From: Ascidiella aspersa
Lineage: Eukaryota
Reading direction: 5' to 3'
Assembly (NCBI GenBank): GCA_963924565.1
Contig: OZ004611.1
Span: forward strand, 19,716,001-19,780,000
DNA: 64,000 nt
Shown: in pieces, positions 1-14,728 of the stretch
Position numbering within the stretch: the first letter of the stretch is position 1
Layout: every line of letters begins with the position of its first letter
The notes under the pieces: generated by a model
Told to the model about the DNA's origin: nothing
Database searches by the model: none
The model's input: the letters and a program-made list of their open reading frames with translations, nothing else
Made by a program: the position numbers and the translations under genes

Positions 1-3000
1 CCACGAAAAAAACAGCGTTGCTAGGTATGGTTTCGGTTCGCAATACAAAAAGTCGACTATAATGGTCGTAAACATGGCAAAACGCGGTAAAATATATAGC
101 TAAAGCCAAGGAAAACCGTAATTTGGCAAGAAAACCCGTTTGAAAAATAAAAGTCAAAATGCTTTTCATTGCGTTTCAAAATTCACTGCGCCCTCTTAAC
201 CTTCAAAAATAGAGTTAAAAATTATCGATATTCAACGAACGACAAGTCATTTTTGTATGCTTAGGGTCCTGCCTTAAACCAAAGACAGTTTACCATTGCA
301 TGAATGTCAACAAAGTTCATTATTACTGCTGAACGGGGCGGTGACAACGTTAAGGCAAGTCTTGCGACTCTTAAGTAAATAAAACTGTACCAACAAACGG
401 AATTTGGATACCAAATCGTTGATTGGCAGTAATCCAGTAGCTGCATACAAAAACGCATAACTACTGTTAAACCGCTTAGCCAAAACCGAAATAGAACTTT
501 AATCTAAGCAGCATTAGACTTGTTTACGTTCGAAAAAATCGCGGTGGCTTTTTAAGTCTTTCGTCGCCTTGTCCAAATCATCGACCACAGTCCAGGCGAA
601 CGCAGTGAAACAAAGGAGGGCGGGCGCATTTTTATTCCGGTTCTGCTATTTATCTAAGCCGCTTATTGACCGAAAAGGCGGGCGCCGAGTGACTTTTGGG
701 TGACATTCGCCCGGCAGCATTTCGGACGTGACTTTCGCGGCGAAACGCGCGGCCTTGTCGGATTTTTCCGCGCGTTCTTTTCACAAACAGCGCCGCGGCT
801 CTTCGCCTTCCGGTGACAGTTTTACGAGCTGCAGCGTTCCTGCTGGGAAACGAGCACGCTGAACCCCGGATTTTGCGAAAACGTTGGCTTAGAAAGAGGT
901 GAGTTGGTTATGGTTAGGTGGTCCACCAATAGCACTCGAAACCTTAACAGGTCACGAAAATTCCCATAGTGCAAATAGCGTCGTACAAAGCCACCAAACT
1001 TTTAGGACTTAAAGCCAGGACTCCCGAAAGTTTCCTAAACCGGCTTTTCAGTTTTAAAAATAGCAATGCATTAGCAGGAAACGCCCTAACTAAAAAAATG
1101 AAAACTAAATTGCCTACACGACATCAGAAACCCAATGCCGCATAATTATTTGTAAAGACAAATAGATTTTGGGTTCCATACAACTTTAAATGTAGTTTCA
1201 TAAAACACAACAAAAATGTGAAAATGTGCGACATATCGTTATAATTCGCAGGCATTCATAGTTATAGTTATAGTTCTTTGTTTTTAAGTTTACTCAACCT
1301 TTTTTTACTAACTTGTCTACGACTTAGCGATCTAGTTTAATAATTAAAATAGAAACACGTAAAAAATCAGACTGCCATTGCAAAATAAGCTTGTGGTAGC
1401 TTTGCCGCGTTGCGCAACAGACACGCAGGCAGGGGCAAAGCTGGAATTAAAAAGATGAAACAACCGTACGCTTTTCCGAACTTAAAAGTTCCGAAAGCAT
1501 CAACAGCGCAAGTTTTTTCACGGTCGATTGCGCGCAAAAAAGGCATAATTAGCCCGAGAGCGGCGCGCGGCTAAACAGCAGCCGAGAGATGAAGTTATGA
1601 GCGTATTTTCGCTCGACCATCAGTATAGTTGATGACGTCATCGCCCAGGTGTCGCTCGTTCGCTCGCGGAGGCACACTTGATCGGCCTCGAGCCGCCAGT
1701 GTTGGCCGCTGGCAGTAGAGACACTCAAAACGGGAATCAAGTGTCGGCTCTAGTGGAGCTGTGTGATTGTTTGACCGTCGCTATTAGCTGCGATCCGGTC
1801 AACGCCGTTGGCGGCGAGCGACACAGCTCTATATTATACAGTGTTGCCGTTTTCACGAAATCAACTAGCGGCCTCTTTGATTCTCTCAGTAAAAAAAGGC
1901 GTTAAAACAACACATATTTCGATAATTGAGGGATCGGCCTAGAGCGGAATCCTTCGCGTTTCGTTGAAATTCCGATTACTCAACTTAGCGAAATGTTTAA
2001 GACTTCAAGAAAGGCCGCAGATTTGGGCGATCTGCGTAAAGCAAAGTTAACAAAAACAAACCCAATCCACAACAGTAATGGAAACAAGCAGCAGCAGCAA
2101 ATGTGAATTAACCAATTACTTTGTAGCAACATCCGTCAAAAAAAACAGTATATCTTTTAAAACCAAGCGGTTTTATCGCACAAATGAGTTTCATTACAAC
2201 CACAATTATAAAATTGACTTATTGTCATGAAGACATTTTCACCGCAGAAAGCAGCTTTTGCATTAATGTCCAGCACACCCGGCGAAATACTAGATCAAAT
2301 TACGCACATTTAAAGAAGCATTTCACACTATAAAAGGTACGTCAAAATAAAGGGAGCCGATTTAGTTATGCTTTCTTCCATTTTTATCACACAGCTTCGA
2401 ATCCATTAAAACATCTAAAACGCCAAGGCTTGTAAGCGTTTAGAACGGTCCGTACCGTCGACAGTCACGGTGGTTGGCATTGAACGAGCTCGCCCGAAAA
2501 GTGAAGTGCCTTTCCAATGCACAACAGTCGCCCCTTTCGCTCTTATTTGCGGTACTGACGTCACTGGCGTTGCCGTGACAACCAAACAACGGCAGTGGGG
2601 TGTTACACAGCAAAGGTTTGCAGGCGCTACCATCTTACGCGTCGGCTTTATATATTTCAAAATACAGTTTGCTGGCAAATATTAAACAAGAGACGACATT
2701 TCTGTTGCTTTTATTCATCTATTTTTTCTTTTTTTTACATTTCTAAACTAAGGTTAACGTTGCCTGTCTGAAAGAAAAAACAGCACTTTACAACACGCTG
2801 TAAAATGTGCAAATCCAGCCGAAATCGAGATCTCAAACGTGTGCACTGTGCAGTTCGGGTTATCTGTCGCTTTTGAAACCTAATGCACATTTTAACAATT
2901 TCTCACATTCCCCATGAAATGTTTTCGTGTGAAATTTTAAGCGTAAGAAGTCGTCGTACGAAACCCCTGGTCGCAACCACAACCGTTTATACTTAAAATA

Positions 3001-6000
3001 GTACATGAAGAGAACAACGCGTATCCAACCCTTAATGTGAGACAGTAAACGATATCCTGATCCAATCCAGATAAAAAAGTAGGGCACGCGACGAAAAGCA
3101 GAAGACTTGGTCGGAACGATAAATCGTTGGCTCTTTTCGGAAAAGGCAACATAATTATTGGCGGCTCTGCGTTAATCGACCCACGACGACCGTTAGAAGG
3201 AATTCGTCAGACAAAACAGACGTGGCCTATTCAAGGGCGCGCAGCCGAAGCGGCGGGCGAACGTGCCGCTAGGCGTTAACTTTCCGCAGTAAACGAAACA
3301 GTTGCTCGCATTTGCAACGAGCGTGAAAGGCTGGAATTTCCTTTTTCGTTGTTGTTGGAGTCTGACGGCGCTGCACCGAACGATGCGGTAAAGGACAAAA
3401 ATAAAGCCGGCGCGTGCCTTCGAACTATGCTTTAAGTTGTAAATTAGGGAGGGCAATGGACTAGATACAGCAAATGACTATAAAGGTTAATGATCAAGCA
3501 AAGGCAAAATGTCCCAGATGCGATGAAATTCTTTAGTTCTGGCGGAAAAGTTATAAATGAAGGGTATCATTTTGTGAAGTGTTTTGAGGTACGATAGAAA
3601 AGTTATTTGTTAAAAATAATAAGAACAACACTAAAAGCTGCACTTATGTGAAAAACCGGTGTCGCGTTTGACACAAGAAATAAATACAATAACGAAACTG
3701 AAACAAAGATTAAATAGCAAATAATTATTTTATGAAGATTTGTCCTGCAGAAAAACTACAAACACATGCGGCCGAAACAAAACTACACCAACAGCCAACA
3801 TAAACGCGTAGTGTTTGCGTGCAAAAAATACCTTAACCAAAGCATTACGCCATCACGACAGGAATAGTTACGCGGTCGAAAAAAACGGCTTTATTTCAAT
3901 CCGACGCTTCATTTGCCGAGCAGTTTAACGCGGCTCGCTGGCAAACACGGCACCCGCTTATACGGTGTCGCATTGCAGTACAACGCAACCTAAGGCGACA
4001 CAAGTGTCGCGAGGGTTAGAGCAACGCCACTTCTCCAAGATTTTCTTTCGATTTTTTAGTTTTTAGTTTTTTTACAATGAAAGCTCAAAACGCGTTCAAG
4101 TTGGCATACTATTTAATTTAAAGTAAGGAATAGGCAATTGAACATTCATTCAGGCAGACGACATTTATAACACTCACAAAATGCGTGCCATAATTTATTT
4201 AAATATCTCTAAAAAAATAAAGTTAAATAAGAATAAATCGAACACCGCTGGACAACACGTCAGTTAATCTTTCTGGTAGGAAGGTAATGTGCTTGTTCGG
4301 TATACAGCAAAAATATGCAACAAATGCCGGTTTTAAGTTTATTTTCACCAGTAAATTACTAATTAAACGATTTGGACTTGGGCTGCGCTATGCATGAGCG
4401 CCTTAAACGACTTCGCTAATGCGCTCGCCCGAGTTTAACATGCATTCAGGCAGAAAATCCTCTTCCAGTAAGCACAGCTGATCGGGCAATGCAGCGGTTT
4501 ATGTGACACAAAAACATGAATATTTTGAGACTGATATCGCTGATATCGACACACAAATAAGGAATAGGGCATTAATTTAGAGTTTAACCGCTATTAAGGA
4601 TAAAACTTTTTCGACCGTTATTTACGCAAATGCTGTCTTATCATATCGTTGGTCAAAGTGGATTAAAACGACGCAGGTATATTACCGGTTCGGAAGTTTG
4701 AATTTGCAACTATAGAAGTGTCTGTCGAAGTTAATACGATAATCCATCGATGCTGTTTTGACGCGTGCCTGGCCGGATCGAATTGTTGCAAACAAGGACA
4801 GGCTTACAACGAACGCTGGGCGATGAATGTTAATCTCGTCACTTTTAAAGGGTTTTAATCGAGTTTCTCGCAATCCGTTTTAATTTTCTAAAGGCGTCTA
4901 TTCACCAAAGCTTTGACAAATATGGTTCTTATAACTTTGTCGCAGTAACAGACGAAACAAATGCCAAACGACTATGCTTTAAGTTAGCAAGTTGACAAAA
5001 CGGAATGGTTAATCGGATTATCTCCCGGGCCTCATTAAAATATTTCGTCGAAACCAGAGGGAAATCAGATTTTGTAGGAAAAAATGAACGCAAAACAAGA
5101 ACGCCCATTTAAAACGCAACGCCCTTAATGCTAAACTATCACACTCTCATATTGGACCACTTACGTTAAAAATGCTTCCTGAAGCTAAAGTAGTGTTAGT
5201 AATCTGCGAAAATGTTACAAACATCTCGCTGCTGATTTGCAATCATGAAATAAACTCTATAGCTTAAGTTTTTGAGGAATTCTTTGGTGACATCAACCCC
5301 TTTCAATTAGAAACAGCAGTTCATATCTTGGTAAATTCATGATATGGAAGTTTTTAATAGCCCAATTCAAAGGGAAGATATTTAGCTAAAGGTACAACCT
5401 GGCAGCTAATTCGATAAGCTGCTTAAATAAACCTTAAATTCACTGGGAGCGGAACACGTCAAATTGTCGGAATAATTAAAGTCGTCTTTTCTACGAAGGT
5501 TGTCATACTAAACGTAAGTCATGTCGTAGGATTATACAACGCAAGAGGCGACGCGGGTCCAGAAATGCGTCAGAGGGCTACCGGTGACAGCGTAATTTAA
5601 TGTAAAGCCAGAGATTATACGTTACGAAAATTCCAGGCAAGTGAAGTGGTATGAAACGGAGAGTTTTAAGCAATAGTTTGCGGACAACGCGGCAACGTAG
5701 CAGTGATTCTTTACGACTTCACGGGAAAGAAAAATAATGTCATGCTGTGCTGCCAAAACGGAATTCATAAAGGATTGCAAACCAGGCAAGGTTGAACAAT
5801 ATGAGAAACAAAATGACATTAATTTTTTCCGGCTTGTTTTAGTCTGGCAACTATACAAAATAAGTACAATATTGTGTGTAATGGCTGTACAATGCTTGCT
5901 TTATAAAGCTATCTGAGCTTTAACGCGAAAAAAAGATCAGGGTAATGGAGTTAGATCGGACGCACCAAAATCAGAGACATTTGCCTTGTTAACGCAGAAC

Positions 6001-6767
6001 CAATGGCAGACCGGATGACACTTAAATATCTAGATGTGTCAAGGCGCGGCTCAATCACGCTTTTGTGCGTTTTTCCTGAACTTGCTTTAAAAGAAGACTC
6101 AATTTCCGACGGAGAAGCAGCATGTTAAAGGGCCGACTTCTTTTTATGCGAGCACCTGTATCCATTCAGGATAGCACAACACACTATTTCACACAACGCT
6201 AGACAAAAAATCAAGGCGAGTCTTAAATGGGTAGGTAGCCTAAACAAGTTGCCAAAAAATTACAGGACGTGACGATACGAAGGCATACAGGTGAGACAGG
6301 CCGCGCGAAAATTGACTTTGACAATAAACCGAAGGGCGACTGGGCGTGCAACGTATACGTACTTGTCGGACAGACCCATGCGACCACTCCCTAGTAATTC
6401 GCGATCGCTGGAAAATCAGGTCGGTTACCATTATACTGTACGTCATTAGGTTATTGTGCGTGAAAGGCGGTAATTTTGCCATTGGACGTGAGATTGTAGG
6501 CCGCAACCGGGGACACTGTTAAACGAATCAAACCTATTAGCGAAGTTAAATGATCAGTTATTACGTCAGACAGAACGACCCTACAGCGATTGAAAAAGCG
6601 TTTAATAAAGGTCGAAAGGAGATACGGTTTTTGAATCTCTTACGGATGGAGGAAACACGAAATTACGTTGTCGTTGGGGTGATAAGGAAGATACTTTCCC
6701 GTAGGAGCTGTGCGCAACAAATTATATAAAAGGGTATATCTTTGTACCTACATAAGTGTAAAAAAAG

Positions 6768-7129
6768 TAGAGATGTACCGATATCACTTTTTTGGTCCGA
6801 TACCGATACCGGATTTTTTACAATTTTGTCAACCGATACCCGATACCGATTTTTTCTATATACCTAGATTCCTTAATTGAAAATAAAATCCGAAACGTTT
6901 TATATTATATACCTTTATTAATTATTAAACTAAACTTGGTGTAGTGCTAAAACTCAATTTAAAAAAAAAAAAAATAGGTAAGTTGTTTGTTGAACAGGAA
7001 CAATTATATCATACTTTTGTACTAAAATATCGACCAAAGTATCGGCCTACATTAACCGATACCGATATATCGGTAGAGGCCAAATATCGGCCAATATTAT
7101 CGGTAAACCGATACTTCGGTCTATCTCTA
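6768..7129. mobile_element. hAT MITE (TAGAGAT termini, CCGATA subterminal repeats) in BicC intron 3
   Basis: TIR tagagat/atctcta, many ccgata(c) repeats, TSD aaaaaaag/aaaataag (7/8). Confidence 0.85.
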
Positions 7130-10100
7130 AAAATAAGAGTGGCAATACAGCTGTTTGTAGTGCGGTATCTTTATTGTCTGACGGTAAACAAAAAATTCCA
7201 AACGAGGTAATTATTCTACCAGCATAAAATGGCGTTTGATCAAGTAAATGTAAATGTAAACCACCGTAAAGAAATAGGGCGGGTGTGTTTAGTTCGGTTT
7301 TAACGACGGGCAATGCAAACACCAGCGAAAAACGGAAACATTTCCTCACGATTCGCCGGCATTAGATTGTTTTTAGGTGTCGTAAAATCTCTCAGCAATG
7401 TAGTTCAAAAGAAGTGCTCGGGACGACGGAAAAATACACGCAAACAACGCAACGTGGGGCCATGCCATTAAAAACGTTTTTTTTAGTACAATAAAACTAT
7501 TTTTATAACGTAGCACATTAAAAACAATCACGGCCCAACAACGCTTCAGTTTTTGCATGTATATGTGCAACACTATACATTTCGGTAATACGAATAGAAA
7601 ATTACCCAATCGCCTGTATTTTTTACGTTTGATTTTACGACATCCGTTCCAGAATTGAAAAAGGACTATTTGACCCGGCATTCATACAGTTAAACGGGTG
7701 TTTATTTTTGGTTTATTTTCAGCATTTTTTTGATTGACAATAAGGCTAACGTGTTGGACAGACTCTATTGTTATAGGAAAAAACGCAAAATCCCAACATC
7801 GCGGATTCTTTATTGAATGAGGCGGCTTATTAAAATAAAATATACCGCGACGTTACAACACGATACAGCATGGTCCAGCGCCGTCAAACAAGTAAAAAAG
7901 TCAGAAAGGGAATGCTGTGACGGGAAAAAACGCAAAACCGGGCCAGCCTTCGTAGATGACGAGTGGTGCTGGCGTGGCAGCTTTCGAGCGACAATGGGTA
8001 CCAGAACAGGTAAACAGAAACCGTCACTACACGGGCGTCAACACACACACACGACTTCATAGCGGGGCATAGGCAGGTGAGGTACTTTCGTCGGCGCTAC
8101 AGTTGTGGCGGACATCGCGCCACAAAGCGTTGCTGGAAAACACAATGGGCGCGTCGAACGACGAACGCGAGAAGCTGTTAAACGTGTGTTGGCCATTCGG
8201 CCGAATAAAGACGCCTAAGGCTCGAGTTACGAACGCGTCCATACAGTAGGGTGACTGGTCCGACACCCCCGCTTCAAAGGGCCGCCTGCCGACGCTCAGC
8301 GCGCTTCCAAGCTTAAAACAATGAAAAGGGAGACGATTTCGGGCGATGTAAGTGACGTGACCCCGGTTTTGCGGGCGAATTGGAAATGATTAGAATCGCG
8401 CTTGGAAGCATTTTGCCTGTTGCGCTGCTGCGTCCTTTCGACACAGGTGTTTTTAGATGCTTGATAACATGTTACAACTTGGGTGCGATCCAGGTTTTAC
8501 AGCTAAATATTTGCTTTCTTAGTAATAAGGATACATTATAACGGCACTCTTTGGGTTTTCGCAAATAGATTTTCTGCAAAATTTCCAGATTTCGTTTTTC
8601 TCTATTTTTATACTGTATGACAAATAACTCCTGTCCGACCCCTTATTAAGTACATGTTATGGCAGTATGGACAATAATTACTCAATAACAAGCATTATTC
8701 GACAAACATTGCTCAATACCTTTTGTTGTACCTTACGAGGTAACCATCAAAGGAAAGAGTCTGCAATCGTTTTGTTTGAAAATTTGCAAATACAGCTGGG
8801 TTGGCTGCAGAACAAATACTCCTAAAGGTTAATTAGATTTACACTCAACGCGTTGAGCATTTTACGAAACCAAAGGAACGTGGACTCACTCACGCCTGAA
8901 TTCAAGTAAGGCAGTTACATAAGAACCCAGCATGAAACGATGCACTTAAACCAAACAATGCACATTAACAATAACCTTTTCTATTTATGTCCTTATTTCT
9001 AAATCCGTATTTGGAATATTTTCCTATCTCACACAACAACATTAATATTTAACATACTGCATTTTCCGGGTGTACACAAACGCCTGGTTGCGGAGATGCG
9101 TCTATCACTGCCTTAATTATAGTCGAATACACGCCCACGCAAATTCACGGGCAATTTGTAGCCCTGTTGCATCTATGGTTATTGAATTGAGCTACAAACA
9201 CCACTCTAACTACAAGAAATCTAAGGCATCTGTCAGATTATAGGAAAATCGAGATGAGTAATGTGAAAGTGTGACGAAAGATTTTGAGGAACTAAAGCAA
9301 GGCAATTACGATTTCCTCAAACTATTACAAAACCAAAATGAGATAAGTGGCACCGATGTTTTACGATTAAGCAAGAGAGGATATACGCCAGCAAACAAGT
9401 TTGTGTCGATTTACTATATTTTGTTGATGATTTAGTAAAAATTTGATCCAAACTTGTTTTAAAATTATTTTCGATCTAAATGCAAAATAATTAATCTGTG
9501 TTTGTATAAAGTCTGGCCTTGAAACAACCAAGCAGTATTAATATCTATAGTTTAATTAAAGATTTTTCACTAAATAAATGTTAATCGTGTCTGGGAGTAA
9601 AAAGAAGCTGTTTATAACATCTAAAATTAACTTTTGTTTGTTTACAGTGACTCTTTAAGTCACAAAACAAAAAGGTGTTTCCATTTTTAAGTCGTAAACG
9701 TAAAACACAAGTTTTTTTTTGCGATCTCCCTTCGTAATATCTGCGATTCGGAGCTATTGCCCCAAGCAAATCACGATGAAAAACCGCTTCCACCTGACCC
9801 GGTCGCAAAGGAGCTAAGTAAAAGTCTATGAGAGCACAAATTAGTACATACAGGACACGACGTGAATATCTACTAAAGGCGTACCATTTTGGTTGAAAGT
9901 GTGCCGTTAGTGTTAGACAGTTAACACAAAAAAGACTAAGTCACAAGCCTAAATCTATTTAGGCAGGAATATTGCGAAACCGCGATATAAGAATCATGAT
10001 GCCGTATTCCTAACTGTAAAAATGGGCATTTCTAAACTGTACCACTATTTTGCAAAAACAAAACTGTGACGCAAATAATTTCGGTTACTGGAATTTAACC

Positions 10101-11948
10101 CGAAATGCGACACTCATAAAGAGACGAACACAAAAAATCTCGGCTTGTTTTATATGGGCGAGACGTAATTAAACAAGCGGCTGGCGCAAAAAGACCCGAT
10201 TAAGCCCGCGTCAAGGCGAAAGTTCTTTATGCGTGCGTCGAAGCCACCGCCGTCCAAACATTTAGCACAAAGCGCGCGACCCAACGCACAAAAGCAGCGG
10301 GCGAAATGGGCGAGACGGAACGAGAGCGGGTGTTGGGCCAAACGGAAGTCCGCCGCGCGTCGGTCGGGTATTTATAACCTTGTTTCGACACCTTCTATTA
10401 CCACAGCGGCGGCCGGGAAGCGAGATTTGGTGAAACCCGACGCCGGTTTTATACTAATTTTACGTTGCCGTCCCTGCAGCGTGGTATTTTCTATACTGTA
10501 ACGAGCGGCTGCGTTAAGAGCGTCAAGGACTTTGTTTTCGCTGGATATCGACTCCGGTGCTCGCCGTTTCCGAGTTAAATTTGTTTGGTGCGCCACCACG
10601 CATAAGAACACTTAAAGCAGGGGTCAATGAACTTTTTCAAAGGCCCGATAACAGCAAAGAACTGGCGATCGCGGGCCGGATAGAATTGTTTTTGTTTAAT
10701 TTAATTAACATGAAAATATCGCTACAAGTAGGAAATATAAATTACAATTCAGCAAAAACCTGTAGTTAGCTTTTTTTAGTAAAGTAGCCACTCAGTTTTA
10801 AATTAAAGTTTTCAAATTGAAGTTTTCAATTGCATCCGACAAAAAGTCCATCAGTGCAATACATCTGTCGTAGTTTGGTGACACTGGCATAAATAAATCG
10901 AAGGTGTTGGATGTATACAGATTGCATAAAATGTTCAGCTTTTAACGTTTCCATTTTGCTAGATTGTTTTGTTGCATTTAGATTGGGCTCATTTTCAAGG
11001 CGCGGTTGGGAGCTATATGTAAGATAAAAGCTTTCCTATCGCAGCAGGACACATTCAACTCGTTCGTTCCTAGGTAAAATGTGTAAATAAAGACAACGTA
11101 ATGCTAATGCGTTGAATTAGGAACTAAAACTGGCTTTAATTGCTTTACTCATGTGTGTTAAAAAAAATCGACCAATATTTACAAACCATCCACATAGGTC
11201 AATCTATCTTTTATAAAGCAAAATTCGATTTCTGCTATCATGGCTTGACAACATGCGATCAGGTTTGAAGCAACTAAGCAGGTAATAATTTACTCCAGGC
11301 AGTAATTCGCTGGAGTCCAGTTAATGCAAAACAAACGCGGTGTTCTTTCAACGGCAAAGCGGGACAGCGGGTGTTTTTGCGGGTCTTCGATAGACATCAG
11401 TTATCCGTGTGCCCAATGCAGCCGCAGACGCTTCAATTGTACGTGACAGGTAGGCATTGCGGAGCCGCTAATTTCCATAACTCGACGGCGGCACTTGAAT
11501 AGTAGCAAAGTGGGGGCTGGCAATAACGCGACCCGCACTTCGATTTGTCTCGATTGTTTACCTACCGGGAACTCGCGCCGACTTGTTTTCGATCGATAGT
11601 TATACGGCCATTGTCTGTCTCCTGACCGGCATTTAAACGACAAAAGCGGAGGAGAAATTACTGAAAACGTGGGTAGGACTGACGAATATCAAGATCGCTC
11701 GTGGTATTGTTTAAATAGAAAATTTGGGGCCCGATGATTTTGCGACACAAGTTTTAGCGTTAGCTCACATGAAAGGAAAACTACGGTTTCACAAACAATA
11801 ACGCTTGACTTTCAGCAATTTTTTCTAGAGCTCGATAGTTTGCAAGCTTTACGACAAAGGTCTGATTTAAATTCATCGCTATGCTGTATGCTTGATAGAT
11901 ATACAATCGACTTGCGTTTAACTTGTTTAAATCTAAAGTTGACTTTAC

Positions 11949-12018
11949 CTTTCTTCGACTTGGCACCAATCTTCAGCTTGGAAGGCCACGTGATTTCCGT
12001 GCTCGTCTGCTTCATTAT
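11949..12018 (-). CDS. BICC1: Bicaudal-C coding exon 3 (70 nt); no further exon found in the window
   Basis: atttag|...|gtaaag. Translates IMKQTSTEITWPSKLKIGAKSKK (cf. BICC1 IMEETNTQIAWPSKLKIGAKSKK). Splice phases are consistent. Confidence 0.95.
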
Positions 12019-12396
12019 CTAAATCGTAAAAAAGTTTGGCGTAAGCAAGCAATCGCGACAACAAAATCCTTACAAATTTGCTATCTGGGGCGCACTTTGC
12101 TTCGCTAGGTGAGATCTTGCGAAACAATATAGTCAAAGAAACCGATATGAATTACACTTCGTGACACAACATGGGTATAGACTTTAGAACGCGGTCAATT
12201 GTTGTTTCTCTTTTATTGTTTGTCTAGTATATATATATTTTTTCGCCTATAGTGGCAATTATATTGCCCTGAAGAACATTGCGTAAATAGGTAATCGAAA
12301 CGTTGACACTCAAAAAAAATTTAGCCGGAAGAACAATTTTACAATTGACAACATAGTAAATAAGCGCAAAAAGGCATAAAAATGACTTTAACTTAC

Positions 12397-12443
12397 CGAA
12401 TCGAAAAAAGCTTCACCCGTTTGGCCACGTCCATCTGACGCTG
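12397..12443 (-). CDS. BICC1: Bicaudal-C coding exon 2 (47 nt)
   Basis: ttgcag|...|gtaagt. Translates in frame with exon 1 as AASDGRGQTGEAFFDS (cf. BICC1 AAAEGKGRSGEDFFQK). Confidence 0.9.
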
Positions 12444-14728
12444 CTGCAATATAAAGTATTACAACTTAAATTCTTATTGAAACAAAAATTTTACAAAACT
12501 ATTTCGCCTCGCCCTTGAAAATAAATGAAAATATTCACTTTAAATGAAATCTACTACTCAGACTTTTTCAAGTCTTCGGTTTTAAAAACAATCATGTTTT
12601 AATAAAAATGAACAATTACGTTCAAAATCTATGTGTCAAGACTCAAGAGGGTCGCGTGATCACTGTATTACAAACTATTGAAAAATGAAACCCAACCCCG
12701 AACGTTTTCAGAAAAGCAAGGTGCGCTGCATCATTAAAAAACGGCGCTTGAAATTGTGATCGATGAGTGTATTCAAGGCGGAACAGTCTTACGGGCCAAA
12801 CGACCCGCAACAGTCTTTACATCCTCGGTCAGTCTTTCTTACTCATTTTTGTACCACGAAACCGACTAGTTGTTAAACCAAGAAACCCTTGACTTTGAAT
12901 GCAAAAACTATTTTTTCCAATGACAACATAATGTTGGGCTTAAAACATGTATAAAGAGGGGAGTATTGCATTTCTTACTATTTATACAATTGCATAACTT
13001 ATGCCTTTTCTAATCTAAAACTATGAGCCACAATAGCAATTAGTATGCAAAAGTCGGAGAGCAAATTAAACAAATTAGCAGCAAGATAAATAATATATCT
13101 CACCAGTCTTGAATAGATTTTACCGATGAAACAAGTAGTGTTAAAGAGTACTACTGGGATTATATATGTGTTTAAGGTATGTTTGAAAGGTAATTCGTGA
13201 TCCTCCGGACCACAATGACTAAATTGGTTGTTTTGGATTGTTTTTTTTATAGACGCAATTAAAATCACGATTCGAATAGTATTTCCAGCATCATTAGTGT
13301 TACATACGAAAGGGCGACCTGCGGTAAATTGCTATTGCTTACATTTAGAAAACACCAGCTGGTTTGTGAAAAGTCTGGTGGGCACAAAAACTAAATTCTT
13401 GTCCACCGTCGCACTTGGCATGGAATAGAGCCTTTGCTGTAATCGCAATCACCGACAGATTGGCGATAAGTAAATCAAAGGGGCGGTTAGCTGCGCTTGC
13501 TTCAAGGCTAACTCGTCAATCGTTCGAGATGTTTTGGAACGTGGTGGCTGCCAGGCGGAACGGTCGCGCGCCACTTACGCCAAATGTTGCGCTATTACAG
13601 CGCAGTGTTTTCCTCATTTTTACCAAAGTGAATTATATTGCTTGGCCCAGCTTGTTAAATTGGAATAACAGAAAAACAAGCCAAACTTATTACTGGCCAC
13701 ATAACAAGGAAATGTACAACAAAATATAAAATGTCAGTTTGGTGCTTTCTCAACTGACTGATTGTAAATCATATATATAATATTGACTATAAAAAAACAA
13801 GTTGTTGATGCAAAACTTATGCAATGTAATAGGATTATCGTGTTTCATGCAATTAGCGTGACATATGTATATATATGACATGACATAGAGAAATCAGAAA
13901 GCGTAAAACACCAAAATACTGTATTAAACCTATAACCTATACCTCCAACCATTTAGGTTGATAATGGGACAAGTCAGCTTACAGTTATAAATAGATTAGT
14001 TTCTTGAAGAATACCAACAATAGATAATTTGAGCAAGTTTAAAAGATGAGAACATGGCTTGATTTTAAATGAAGCGCTGAATTCAATGTATGATTTCCCC
14101 CGATTTACAGTGCTATTTAATTACACTGTCACAAAGATTTCTTTGTGACAGTCAGAACATAGGCTTGGTCAGCCCTCAATTCTCACAACACCCAGCTATT
14201 GTCTTTGAGAATCTGATATGTGAGCCTACACAAAAACACAAAATGTTCAACTCAGACACATTTTTTGAATGGTTTTGGAATTTTTAGCAGTTGAAAACAA
14301 AGAACTATATTTAGTATAATGTTTTTTTTTTGGACAATTTACAATCACTACAATTTTTATTTTGTGGTATTCATCTACATGAAAACATGAAAATATGGAA
14401 TTAGTTTAAATTGGCTGTAAAAGAATAACTATGTTACAAGTTTATCTGTTGTCTTACATGTTACAGAAATACTACATTTGCTGCAGTTCCACAACACACA
14501 TTGTAATCTACTAGTTTTAAAATGTGTAATTTTGAAAGTTGCATGATAATAAATGGACTTCCAAAAATAATTTTATAAGCGCCATGGTATTTGTTTATGG
14601 TAATCTATTAGATATGCAAAAGTGTTACTTCTCTGATATCAAATTATATCTATTTGCCTTTAAAACTAATACTATTAACTAATGGAAAAGAAGGGTTTAT
14701 TGATAAAACAACATTAAAATTGTATTAC

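Noticed and set aside
6770-7120. CRISPR-like or iteron array (also 34640-35000 and 41940-42250)
   Set aside because: Short irregular motifs bounded by TIRs and 8-bp TSDs, consistent with hAT subterminal repeats. Eukaryotic context and no cas genes.
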